Positions 55,305 through 64,000 of a stretch of 64,000 nucleotides of DNA are shown piece by piece. Origin of the DNA: Chloroflexota bacterium (GTDB taxonomy: Bacteria; Chloroflexota; Dehalococcoidia; GIF9; AB-539-J10); the NCBI GenBank assembly GCA_036834125.1, contig DAITOK010000004.1, forward strand, positions 4,446 through 68,445, in the 5' to 3' direction. How positions within the stretch are numbered: the stretch's first letter is position 1; each line of letters starts with the position of its first letter. The notes under the pieces were generated by a model. It did not search any database, was not told where the DNA came from, and saw only the letters and a list, made by a program, of their open reading frames with translations. The translations under genes were made by a program, and so were the position numbers.

Positions 55305-57995
55305 TCAACTACCAGCGGATGATGACCTCAACTGAGATAATTCTTGTTGCAACCTTTGTAACTTATCTTTGAGCGTCATCAGCTTCTGTTTCTCTTTTTC
55401 AATAACCTGAGCTGGCGCTTTACCCAAGAAAGTTTCGTCTCTCAGCCTAGCATCGAGCTGGGCAATTCTGGATTGGATTTCCTCGCTTTCTCTAGTTAGT
55501 CGCTGTTCTTCGGCAAGCCAGTCCACAATACCTGCCAAAGGCATGACCACCTCAGCTTCTTTCAAAACCAAGACCAGCACATCTGCCGTATCAGTTTTCC
55601 TTTCTCGGCGGCTGCACATTGTCAGTGGGCGAACTCTCGCCAGTGCCTCTACGATGTCTGCTTTTGGCACAAGACTGGGGAGAAGCTCATCAGCATAGAT
55701 CTCAGCTTCAATCCACCTGTCTGGCTTCACTTTATACTGAGCTCGAACGTTACGCACAGCTCGGACAATCTCTATTACCGAATCCATCACTCGCTCTGCT
55801 TCCGGGGCAAAGGTTTTATCATCGGCGACAGGATAAGGAGCTATCATAATCGAGGCGGGCATGTTGTCCTTGTTAGGCAAACGCTGTTTCAAGTTTTGCC
55901 ATAATTCCTCGGTAACAAAAGGCATAAAAGGATGGAGAAGGCGCAACGATTTTTCCAATGTATCTGTCAAGAAGGGTAGAGGTGAGGGATGAGATTGGTT
56001 GCGAAGTCTTATCTTAGCGATTTCAATATACCAATCACAGAGCTTCGACCAGATGAAATTGTAGATTTGCTGCTCTGCTTCACCAAATTCAAAGTTCTCC
56101 ATCAGCTCAGCAACATTCTTGATCAGTCGGTTAAGTTGACTATGAATCCATCGGTCTTCTATTTCCTGCGATTGAACTTTCATCGCCCCGGCTTCTAGCC
56201 CTTCGGCATCCAGGCTTTGAAAGATGAACCTGGCAGCATTCCATAATTTATTGGCGAAGTTGCGCCCGCTTTCCAGCTTGCTCTTGCCCACATTCACATC
56301 ATTCCCTGGCGAAGCCCCCATAGTCAAAGCAAAGCGGAGAGCATCAACGCCATACTTAGCGATGGCGTCGTTAGGGCTTATCACGTTCCCCCGCAATTTG
56401 CTCATCTTCTCTCCCTTCTCATCCCGAATCAAGCCATGCAGATATACGGTACGAAAAGGTATTTCTCCTGTGTCCTCCAGTCCCATCATGATCATCCTGG
56501 CAACCCAGAAGAAAAGAATGTCGTAACCTGTTTCCATCACTGAGGTAGGATAAAAGTAGCGAAGGTCTTCAGTGTCGTCTGGCCAGCCTAGCGTAGAATG
56601 TGTCCACAGCGCTGAGCTGAACCAGGTATCTAAGACATCAGGATCTTGGATCATCTGCATCGAATTACAATGAGCACAGATCGTCGGTTCCTCCACCGAA
56701 GCAATCACCTTGCTACAATTCTGACAATACCAAACAGGAACGCGGTGTCCCCACCATAGTTGTCGGCTGATGCACCAATCCTTGATATTCTCCATCCAGT
56801 CAAAATATATTTTGGTGAAGCGCTCTGGAATTATCCTTATCCTACCATCTCTAACTGCTTCGATAGCGGCTTTGGCTAGAGGCTGCGTCTTGACAAACCA
56901 TTGCAGGCTGACCTTGGGTTCGATCATCGTCTGGCAGCGACTACAATGTCCTACCGAATGAGAATAAGGCTCAACCTTCTCCAGAAGTGTTCTATCTTTC
57001 AAATCAGAAAGCACTTTCTCTCGACAGGCAAACCTTTCCAGTCCTTGGTATGGTCCAGCGTTCTGGTTCATAGTGGCATCCGGATTCATGATATCTACCA
57101 AGGGCAAATTGTGCCTCTGAGCCACCTCGAAGTCAGTGGGGTCATGAGCTGGGGTTATCTTCAGTGCTCCTGTGCCAAAGGAAACATCTACCGCTTCATC
57201 GCCGATTATGGGGATTTCTCTGTTGATAATGGGCAGAATGACCTTCTTTCCGACAAGATTTCTGTATCGCTCGTCTTCAGGATTTACAGCCACGGCCGTG
57301 TCGCCCAGGAACGTTTCCGGACGCGTTGTGGCTACAGTAACGAAGCCTTCGCCTTCACTTCGCGGATACCGAATATAATACAGATGTCCAAGAACATCTT
57401 TATGTTCGACTTCAAGATCAGAGATAGCCGTTCGGCAGCGGGGACACCAGTTTATCATTCGTTCTCCGCGATACACCAGCCCCTTGTTGTACAGACGGAC
57501 AAAAGCCGTACGAACGGCTCTACTGGGGCCTTCATCTAAGGTAAATTTCTCCCTTGTCCAATCGCAGGAAGCTCCTAAGAGCTGGTGCTGGAGCCTGATA
57601 TTCCTCCGGCTTTTGTCAGCCCATTCCCAGATCAATTCGGTGAACCTATCTCTGCCAATCTGTTCTTTTGTTTTTCCTTGCTTAGCCAGTTGCTGCTCTA
57701 CAACCACTTGCGTGGCGATGCCAGCATGGTCAGTGCCTGGTAACCACAGCGATGGTTCCCCTCTCATCCTGTGCCATCTGATCATGATATCTTCCAGTGT
57801 CGCAGTCAGAGCATGCCCCAGATGCAGTTCACCGGTAACATTTGGGGGCGGCATGATGATGACGAAAGGTTTTTTCCTTGGGTCTATCTTAGGGGTAAAG
57901 TAGCCTTGCTTAAGCCAGAAATCATACCATTTCTTTTCTATCTTGCCTGGCTCATACGCTTTAGGTATTTCGGACATTTCCGGTGAATAGTTCAA
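55305..57995 (-). CDS. valS: valine--tRNA ligase
   Basis: 896 aa with HIGH (PNVTGELHLGHAL) and a KMSKS region. The ORF-track start is a TTG. The ATG at 57977 (MSEIPK) is an alternative start. Confidence 0.9.
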   Translation of the reverse strand: MNYSPEMSEIPKAYEPGKIEKKWYDFWLKQGYFTPKIDPRKKPFVIIMPPPNVTGELHLGHALTATLEDIMIRWHRMRGEPSLWLPGTDHAGIATQVVVEQQLAKQGKTKEQIGRDRFTELIWEWADKSRRNIRLQHQLLGASCDWTREKFTLDEGPSRAVRTAFVRLYNKGLVYRGERMINWCPRCRTAISDLEVEHKDVLGHLYYIRYPRSEGEGFVTVATTRPETFLGDTAVAVNPEDERYRNLVGKKVILPIINREIPIIGDEAVDVSFGTGALKITPAHDPTDFEVAQRHNLPLVDIMNPDATMNQNAGPYQGLERFACREKVLSDLKDRTLLEKVEPYSHSVGHCSRCQTMIEPKVSLQWFVKTQPLAKAAIEAVRDGRIRIIPERFTKIYFDWMENIKDWCISRQLWWGHRVPVWYCQNCSKVIASVEEPTICAHCNSMQMIQDPDVLDTWFSSALWTHSTLGWPDDTEDLRYFYPTSVMETGYDILFFWVARMIMMGLEDTGEIPFRTVYLHGLIRDEKGEKMSKLRGNVISPNDAIAKYGVDALRFALTMGASPGNDVNVGKSKLESGRNFANKLWNAARFIFQSLDAEGLEAGAMKVQSQEIEDRWIHSQLNRLIKNVAELMENFEFGEAEQQIYNFIWSKLCDWYIEIAKIRLRNQSHPSPLPFLTDTLEKSLRLLHPFMPFVTEELWQNLKQRLPNKDNMPASIMIAPYPVADDKTFAPEAERVMDSVIEIVRAVRNVRAQYKVKPDRWIEAEIYADELLPSLVPKADIVEALARVRPLTMCSRRERKTDTADVLVLVLKEAEVVMPLAGIVDWLAEEQRLTRESEEIQSRIAQLDARLRDETFLGKAPAQVIEKEKQKLMTLKDKLQRLQQELSQLRSSSAGS

Positions 57996-58082
57996 GCTAT
58001 TTTGACACAGTAGCGTTTCATTAGTTCAATCTCGTGTAGTGACATTCACAATTCACACCTTACATCGTCTATCAGCAACATC

Positions 58083-58481
58083 TTAACTGGAATATTTTGC
58101 TATCTGTAGTAAGCTAATCTCCGGCATGGGGTAGCGCTTCGGATTGTCGGTGACAAGTGTTAGATTGTTGGAAATAGCTACAGCAGCCATAATAACATCG
58201 GGAAGGGAGAGCGTAACTCCTTTTTCCCTGTAGATTCTTTTGTATTGTCCAGCCCTTTTGGCTATTTCTTTGGTCACCTCATAATATTCAAGACTATCCA
58301 AAACTTCTTCGGTTATCTCCTTTTCCTTCTCCCTCATCCCAGCACAGACTTCGATAATATTGACCAGACAGCACCCTAAAAGCGAGCCTTCGGAGGCTAG
58401 TTTTTTAATGAATTTCACCTTCTCGTTTTTTCCTCGTAAATAGTCGATGATTATTGTAGTATCTAGCAGATAATCAGCCAT
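58083..58481 (-). CDS. vapC: PIN-domain ribonuclease toxin VapC
   Basis: 132 aa. The N-terminus LLDTTIIIDYLRG carries the conserved Asp residues. A C-terminal LVTDN motif is present. Confidence 0.85.
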   Translation of the reverse strand: MADYLLDTTIIIDYLRGKNEKVKFIKKLASEGSLLGCCLVNIIEVCAGMREKEKEITEEVLDSLEYYEVTKEIAKRAGQYKRIYREKGVTLSLPDVIMAAVAISNNLTLVTDNPKRYPMPEISLLQIAKYSS

Positions 58482-58483
58482 GG

Positions 58484-58753
58484 TTATTGTGAGAGTTCCC
58501 TAAATCTTTTCTCCGCTTCCTCCCTTAGGTCCCTGACCCAGCGGTAAGTTCCCTTCTTCTTAATTTCAGGATAATCTTCGTCTTTCCAGGCACCAGCCGC
58601 TTTTTCCAGCGCCTTTTGCAGCTGTATTCTTTTCAATTCCTTCCTCGTTGCTTCCACCACAAACTTGCTCCTTCCTCTCTTGCCCACCAGCTTATCTATT
58701 ACCTGGAGAAGGTCTTCGGGAAAAACTAAGTGTGCTTTACTCTTCGTGACCAT
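58484..58753 (-). CDS. vapB: type II antitoxin (ribbon-helix-helix/VapB-like)
   Basis: 89-aa basic protein immediately upstream of vapC with a 2-nt gap. The N-terminal KRGRSKFVVEATRKEL is consistent with an RHH DNA-binding motif. Confidence 0.65.
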   Translation of the reverse strand: MVTKSKAHLVFPEDLLQVIDKLVGKRGRSKFVVEATRKELKRIQLQKALEKAAGAWKDEDYPEIKKKGTYRWVRDLREEAEKRFRELSQ

Positions 58754-58820
58754 AGCGTCCTAAACTTGTACCCCAATTTAGTTCCACAATTGGTGTAACA
58801 TAATGACATACTTTGTCAAA

Positions 58821-60011
58821 TTAGCGCTCGCTTAGGAGCTCCACCACCCTGTCCAAGACTTTGTCCGCTACCTCCCGTTTGGGGAGGAGAGGCAGGCTTT
58901 TAACTTTCCCTTGGCGGTCAATTATGGTCACTCGATTAGTATCAGCGCCAAAGCCACTACCCTTAGAGGTAATATCATTAGCCACGATAAGAGCGAGTCT
59001 TTTTTGCTCGAGCTTTCGCTTAGCATTTTCGACTAAGTTGCTACTCTCAGCAGCAAAGCCTACCTTGATGAAGTTTCCTTGGACACTGCTCAAAATGTCT
59101 GGTGTGTTCTCTAGTTCTAAGGTTATTCCTCCTTCTTTCTTTTTGATTTTCTCTTTGGCTGCTGTCTTGGGGCGGTAATCAGCTACAGCCGCAGCCATAA
59201 TAAGCGCGTCAGCTTTGGCAACCGTATTCTGTACCGCTTGATACATTTCCTGAGCTGTGCTGACCTTGATAACTTCAACACCTAGAGGCTCGGGTAATGA
59301 AGTAGGGGCTGTCACAAGAGTTACTTTAGCGCCCCGGTCACGGGCTGCTTCAGCCAGAGCATAGCCCATTTTTCCTGAAGAACGATTGCTGATGTAGCGA
59401 ACTGGATCAATCGGCTCTTGGGTGCCGCCGGCAGTGACTACAATGTGCTTGCCAGCAAGATCTCCGCTCTTGCCTAGAACTTGGCGAATACTGCCGACAA
59501 TATCATTAATATCAGCGAGTCGCCCTACACCTTCTTTGCCCGAAGCTAACCACCCTGTAGCCGGACCAACTATGACAAAGCCACGAGCTTTGAGCTTAGA
59601 CAAATTATCCTGAGTGATTGGATTATTATACATATTACTTTCCATAGCCGGGGCAATAAGCACTGGTGCTTTGGTAGCCAGCACTGTGCAGCACAGCATG
59701 TCATCGGCAATGCCCATAGCCAGCTTGGCAATAGTATTAGCGGTTGCCGGAGCAATAACCACTATATCGGCAGAATGGGCTAAGGAAACATGTTCAACAC
59801 TGAACTCCGAAGCCAAATCAAACATCTCAATCACTACAGGGCTACCGGTGAGAGCTCGGAAGGTAACAGGTGACACAAATTGTGTGGCTTCTTTAGTCAT
59901 CACTACATTGACTTTAGCACCAGCCTGAGTCAACTGACTGGCAATCTCCGCTGCTTTATAGGCAGCAATGCTCCCTGTCACTCCTAAAACTATGGTCTTA
60001 TTTCTTAACAC
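58821..60011 (-). CDS. coaBC: bifunctional phosphopantothenoylcysteine decarboxylase / phosphopantothenate--cysteine ligase
   Basis: 396 aa with an N-terminal flavoprotein domain (ILGVTGSIAAYKA) and a C-terminal DFP/CoaB domain. Confidence 0.9.
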   Translation of the reverse strand: MLRNKTIVLGVTGSIAAYKAAEIASQLTQAGAKVNVVMTKEATQFVSPVTFRALTGSPVVIEMFDLASEFSVEHVSLAHSADIVVIAPATANTIAKLAMGIADDMLCCTVLATKAPVLIAPAMESNMYNNPITQDNLSKLKARGFVIVGPATGWLASGKEGVGRLADINDIVGSIRQVLGKSGDLAGKHIVVTAGGTQEPIDPVRYISNRSSGKMGYALAEAARDRGAKVTLVTAPTSLPEPLGVEVIKVSTAQEMYQAVQNTVAKADALIMAAAVADYRPKTAAKEKIKKKEGGITLELENTPDILSSVQGNFIKVGFAAESSNLVENAKRKLEQKRLALIVANDITSKGSGFGADTNRVTIIDRQGKVKSLPLLPKREVADKVLDRVVELLSER

Positions 60012-60781
60012 TATTGCTCCTTATTCATGTCATAAACAAGACGCAATCCGATCAACGTTAAGTCAGGATTTATTATCTCTATCGCTGGTATTTCCTGGGC
60101 TAGAAAGTGCGCCTGCCCACCGGTGGCTATTATCTTAGCCTTGCATCCAAGCTCTTCTTCTATTCGTCGAATCATACTCTCGATAAGCCCAATGTAGCCG
60201 AATATTATCCCCGATTGCATAGCTGAAATAGTGCTCCGTCCGATGACCTTCTCCGGGCGGCTTAACCTGATTCGAGGCAGTGCCGCGGTACGCGTGAACA
60301 AAGCCTCAGTAGCTATGACGATCCCTGGGGCAATAGCCCCGCCTAGGTAATCGCCATCTTTAGACACAACATCAAAGGTGGTAGCTGTGCCTAGGTCAAT
60401 AATTATTAGCGGCTTGCCGTAGAGATTCAGCGCAGCTACAGCATTGACCACACGGTCAGGTCCAACCTCTCGGGGGTTATCCAGGCGAATACGCATACCT
60501 GTCTTCACACCAGCTTCCACAATCAACGGTTTAATAGCTAAGTATTTTCTGCATAGCTCTAAGAATATAGGCAACAATGGCGGCACAACACTACACAATA
60601 CCGCTCCAGTAATCTTGGAAGATAAAACTTTTTCCCGCTCCATAAGATTGAGCAAAACCCCACCGTACTCGTCCGCTGTCCGATGAATGTCGGTAGCTAA
60701 ACTCCAGGTGACCTTTAGCTTATCGCCGTCGAACACACCTAGCTTAATGTTAGTGTTCCCAATATCAATTGCTAACAACAC
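60011..60781 (-). CDS. coaX: type III pantothenate kinase
   Basis: 256 aa with a LAIDIGNTNIKLG N-terminus (ASKHA). It is coupled to coaBC by overlap. Confidence 0.85.
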   Translation of the reverse strand: MLLAIDIGNTNIKLGVFDGDKLKVTWSLATDIHRTADEYGGVLLNLMEREKVLSSKITGAVLCSVVPPLLPIFLELCRKYLAIKPLIVEAGVKTGMRIRLDNPREVGPDRVVNAVAALNLYGKPLIIIDLGTATTFDVVSKDGDYLGGAIAPGIVIATEALFTRTAALPRIRLSRPEKVIGRSTISAMQSGIIFGYIGLIESMIRRIEEELGCKAKIIATGGQAHFLAQEIPAIEIINPDLTLIGLRLVYDMNKEQ

Positions 60782-60896
60782 AGATGCCTTTTTCTATTCC
60801 TCCTTTACGAACTGAGTATAGCATTACCAGCCAATCTGTGCTACTCTTGGCGACCTATTTCCGGAAACTCGCGCTCAGCTAGAACTTCTTAATTCG

Positions 60897-61373
60897 TCAC
60901 CGCTTTTCTGCCAGTTCCAACAACTTCTTGACCATGTTTTGCCAATGTGTACCCTGCCAATAGATACGGTGGCAAGCAGGGCATTCTGTATAATGCGCCT
61001 GGCTTTCTCGAACGCGAGGCGGAACCAAATGTTGCACAGCTTGCTTATCCCGAGCCACTAATGGTTGATTGCATTCAAGGCACAAAGAGAAGGGGTTGAA
61101 GTGATAATTTAAATTCAATGCTTTTGCTACTTCTTGTACTTGGAGCTTAGGGTCATCTTGCGTGATGAGTATCGCTTTTAGTTTGCCGCTCGTCACCAGA
61201 CCTCTTTTCACAAATTGAGTATCTTTGGTCAGAACTACTCTATCCTCGCCGAGAGCCGTCTTAATCATTCTCCCGTCGTCTTTTTGCTTAAATAGCAGTG
61301 TATTATAGCCCATCATCCTCAACCACCGAACTAGTTTGCCCACGTTATTATCAGCAATAAACTTAACTTCCAT
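60897..61373 (-). CDS. Mut7-C RNase-domain protein (DUF5615/Mut7-C family)
   Basis: The N-terminal FIADNNVGKLVRWLRMMGY is a PIN-like Mut7-C motif. The C-terminal CLECN...CPACHRIYW is a zinc ribbon. The start was chosen at MEVKF. Confidence 0.7.
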   Translation of the reverse strand: MEVKFIADNNVGKLVRWLRMMGYNTLLFKQKDDGRMIKTALGEDRVVLTKDTQFVKRGLVTSGKLKAILITQDDPKLQVQEVAKALNLNYHFNPFSLCLECNQPLVARDKQAVQHLVPPRVRESQAHYTECPACHRIYWQGTHWQNMVKKLLELAEKR

Positions 61374-61412
61374 GGTTATACAGAACAAAGGAAGCCGATT
61401 GTATTGAAGGAT

Positions 61413-62363
61413 TTAGAGATAGCCCCGACGACGAATGTAAAAGAATATGATTCCGCTAGTAATCGCCATAAGCACAAGCAAAATACCCAGTGTTAGAAAG
61501 CTACCAGGGTTGACCCCACCGGGCAATGGAACATTCATGCCGTAAATACTGGCTATCAACGTAGGCGGTGCCAGCACTCCCATTACGATAGTCAATATTC
61601 TCATTATCTCTTGAATTCGATGCGAGGTTAACCAGTTGCTGGTATCGGAAAGCCCGTCCACAACCTCTTTGCAATCCTCCAATCCATCCCAGATTTTGCG
61701 AATGTGGTCGGCAATGTCACCAAAATAGACTTCCTGGTCCTCTTTGAAGAAGGGATACTCTTCTTTTTCCAGAGTCTCGATTACCGCAATCTGAGGATGG
61801 ATGACGCGGCGGAAAGAAATAAGGTCTCGTCGAATCAATGAAATCTCCTTGACAGTCTCCGGCACAGGTCGCTTGAGGATAATATCTTCTACAGCATCAA
61901 TGTTTTGGGTAACCTTATCCAATATTGGAAAGCAAGCATCCACCAATCTATCAATGATGTGATAAAGGAGAAATCCTGAGCTTCGCCCCAAGTACCGTTC
62001 ACGACTTTCTTTGCTAGTTTCACATTCTTGGAAAAACTTGGCTAATGGCTTGAGGTCGCCAGCACAGTGCACAGTCACAACGTAATTCTCACCAACAAAT
62101 ATATCCAATTCGCTGGGCTTGGTTATACGATTCCCTTTATCGAATACCGGAAAATGTAACACCATGAACAGATAATCTTCATATTCGTCAATTTTGGGAC
62201 GCTGTATACGACTGAGGACATCTTCCAGATCCAGGGGATGGAAATTGAAATGCTGAGCTAGGAATTGCACCTCACTAGGGGTAGGCTTCTCAATATAATA
62301 CCAGGTCAGCTTGCACTCTGTAATTGAGCGGACGTTCAATTCTTTTTGTTCTATAACCGACAT
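61413..62363 (-). CDS. corA: magnesium/cobalt transporter CorA
   Basis: 316 aa with two C-terminal TM helices and the GMN motif (YGMNVPLPG). Confidence 0.85.
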   Translation of the reverse strand: MSVIEQKELNVRSITECKLTWYYIEKPTPSEVQFLAQHFNFHPLDLEDVLSRIQRPKIDEYEDYLFMVLHFPVFDKGNRITKPSELDIFVGENYVVTVHCAGDLKPLAKFFQECETSKESRERYLGRSSGFLLYHIIDRLVDACFPILDKVTQNIDAVEDIILKRPVPETVKEISLIRRDLISFRRVIHPQIAVIETLEKEEYPFFKEDQEVYFGDIADHIRKIWDGLEDCKEVVDGLSDTSNWLTSHRIQEIMRILTIVMGVLAPPTLIASIYGMNVPLPGGVNPGSFLTLGILLVLMAITSGIIFFYIRRRGYL

Positions 62364-62467
62364 ATTGCTCCTGCTATAGTCAATTTTTTCTCTATTTTAA
62401 CACCAATTTCTTATCAACGTAGCTATTTCCACAAAACAATCTTATCAAAATTATCGTATTTAGTTTA

Positions 62468-62496
62468 TTGACAAAAAACAAATTTTCCAATATCAT
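62468..62496 (+). promoter_or_regulatory. near-consensus sigma70 promoter upstream of etfBA
   Basis: TTGACA (62468-62473), a 17-nt spacer, and TATCAT (62491-62496). An AAGGAGGTG RBS follows. Confidence 0.5.
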
Positions 62497-62530
62497 CGTT
62501 TGGCTGTAAAATTTCCAAGGAGGTGTGCAA

Positions 62531-63331
62531 ATGCCAGTCAACATGATTGTCTGTTGCAAACAAGTACCTGACCCTGAAGCACCACCGGCTGTATTCAAGG
62601 TGGTAAATAATAAGATGACCCTACCACCCGATGTAAAACCTGTTATCGGTCAATATGAAGAGTTTGCTTTGGAAGCTGCTCTTAAAATCAAGGATGCTGT
62701 AGGTGGCAAAATTACTGCGATTAGCTTAGGCAACAATTTTGTTCGCGACGTGATCAAGAAAGCATTAGCAGTAGGAGCGGATGAGCTGATCCTTCTTGAG
62801 GATAAAGCTTTTGAAGATAGCGATAGTTGGTCAACAGCCAAGGCTCTAGCTGCGGCAATAAAGAAAATAGGACAATATGACATCATCTTCTGCGGCAGGC
62901 AATCATCTGACTGGGATGCTGGGCAAGTAGGGCTAGGCATTGCGGAGATTTTAGGAATTCCTGCTGTCACACTGGCTCGCAAGGTGGAGGTCAGCGATGG
63001 CAAAGCTAAGGCCGAGCGAGTTATCCCTGATGGTTACCAGGTTGTCGAAGTAACATTTCCTGCTTTGATCACAGTAACTAGCGGCATAGGAGCACTTCGT
63101 TATGCTACTTTGAAGGGAATAATGGCGGCAGCTAAAAAGCAACCTATAGTTTGGAAACCAGCCGATATCGGGCTTCAGCCTTCAGAGGTTGGCGCTGCCG
63201 GAGGACGCAGCAAGTTAGATAAACTCTTCCAGCCAGTCAAGGAATCCAAATGCGAGATGATCAGCGCAGATACCGCTGCTGAAGCCGGCGCTAAACTAGC
63301 TGTAAGGCTTAGGGAAGTCAAATTACTTTAA
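62531..63331 (+). CDS. etfB: electron transfer flavoprotein beta subunit
   Basis: The N-terminus is MPVNMIVCCKQVPD. I set the start at ATG 62531, 7 nt after GGAGG. The ORF track starts at an upstream GTG. Confidence 0.85.
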   Translation: MPVNMIVCCKQVPDPEAPPAVFKVVNNKMTLPPDVKPVIGQYEEFALEAALKIKDAVGGKITAISLGNNFVRDVIKKALAVGADELILLEDKAFEDSDSWSTAKALAAAIKKIGQYDIIFCGRQSSDWDAGQVGLGIAEILGIPAVTLARKVEVSDGKAKAERVIPDGYQVVEVTFPALITVTSGIGALRYATLKGIMAAAKKQPIVWKPADIGLQPSEVGAAGGRSKLDKLFQPVKESKCEMISADTAAEAGAKLAVRLREVKLL

Positions 63332-63346
63332 GCTAAGGAGGAAACA

Positions 63347-64000
63347 ATGGCCGAATATAAAGGGATATTAGTTTTTGGTGAGCTAGTGGATGGAAAGTTA
63401 GCTTCCATTACCACTGAATTACTAGGATGTGGCAGAAGGCTTGCTAATGAGTTAAAGGAGGAACTATCCTGTTTACTAGCCAGTGATGTCGTGGGTGAAG
63501 CTTCTAAGGAAGCAATCGCCTATGGAGCTGACAAGGTTTATGTTGCTGAACATCCTGCTTTCAAGGAATACCAAGCCGATTCCTGTATACAGGTGGCAGA
63601 GAAATTGGTCAAGGATATTTCTCCCCGCGTAGTACTTATCGGGCAGACAGCCATGGGCAGAGACCTGGCTCCTCGTCTTGCTTTCAGACTGGGTACTAGT
63701 CTGACCACAGATTGCCTCGACCTACGTATAGATCCAGCCACAAAGCTACTAGTGAGAACCCGCCCTGTTTATGGCGGCAATGCTCAAGCTGTATTTACCA
63801 GCGATTCCATGCCTCAGATGGTCACTGTGAGAGCCAAGGCGATGTCACCTATAGAGCGTGATAACTCCAGAAAGGGAACGGTGGTTCCTGCTAAGTTTGA
63901 CATTGATATGTCCAAGGTAAAGACCAAGGTACTAGAGACGGTGAAGGAAGAAACTGTCGGGGTTAAGCTTGAGGATGCTCCCGTGATTGTTTGTGGGGGT
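63347..64000 (+). CDS. etfA: electron transfer flavoprotein alpha subunit (3' end outside window)
   Basis: The ORF starts at ATG 63347 after AAGGAGG and is open to the window end. The N-terminal domain is typical of EtfA (ILVFGE...VYVAEHP). Confidence 0.85.
   Translation, partial: MAEYKGILVFGELVDGKLASITTELLGCGRRLANELKEELSCLLASDVVGEASKEAIAYGADKVYVAEHPAFKEYQADSCIQVAEKLVKDISPRVVLIGQTAMGRDLAPRLAFRLGTSLTTDCLDLRIDPATKLLVRTRPVYGGNAQAVFTSDSMPQMVTVRAKAMSPIERDNSRKGTVVPAKFDIDMSKVKTKVLETVKEETVGVKLEDAPVIVCGG

Noticed and set aside
1-64000. Search for rRNA, tRNA and CRISPR arrays.
   Set aside because: No intergenic region here is long or structured enough. No cloverleaf-like sequence was seen in any gap over 70 nt, and no regularly spaced direct repeats occur. 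The only repeats found are the two hairpin elements in the fab operon and the inverted motif pair flanking the sigma/protease genes.

Overview
This 64-kb window is bacterial chromosomal DNA that is densely coding, with about 65 genes, and reads by eye as mid-GC, about 45-50%. The gene content points to an anaerobe. It includes 4-hydroxybutyryl-CoA dehydratase, a four-gene 2-hydroxyacyl-CoA dehydratase / benzoyl-CoA reductase-like enzyme with two ATPase components, thiolase/DUF35 pairs, EtfAB, an archaemetzincin, and an HspR/ClpC heat-shock regulon. I found no rRNA, tRNA or CRISPR. Four blocks are worth a second look.

1. Positions 289-8685 on the minus strand hold a compact, self-contained type II FAS-like operon. 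In order it encodes a FabH-like KAS III, a FabF-like KAS, a dedicated ACP, two tandem CrtI/phytoene-desaturase-family flavoenzymes, FabG, FabZ, FabI and an Sfp-type PPTase. A conserved hairpin element repeats after each CrtI-like gene. This is a candidate specialised lipid or polyene module, and it is followed by an IS481-family transposase remnant.

2. Positions 38.2-44.6 kb hold an Lrp-family regulator, an aminotransferase, two HgdA/B-like subunits and two BadF/BadG/BcrA/BcrD-family ATPases. This could be a BCR-like reductase, a 2-hydroxyacyl-CoA dehydratase, or a split PlsAR-type plasmalogen synthase.

3. Positions 44.6-50.6 kb form a cell-surface island. Two small secreted proteins sit behind a perfect sigma70-consensus promoter. 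An ECF sigma factor and a membrane-anchored subtilisin follow, and an imperfect ~45-bp inverted repeat with a CAGTACTG palindrome lies upstream of each. A 723-aa secreted multi-domain esterase ends in a Gly6-CFIATAAYG C-terminal domain and is followed by two strong 3' stem-loops.

4. Between these blocks lie housekeeping genes: argC, argF-like, folC, hpt, ade, glyQS, valS, der, plsY, gpsA, coaBC, coaX, corA and polX. There is also a PAS-histidine kinase / REC / REC-GGDEF signalling module and a VapBC toxin-antitoxin pair.

Several starts in the supplied ORF track are over-extended because it uses the longest ORF, including non-ATG starts. I corrected these where an RBS and a conserved N-terminus supported a different start.
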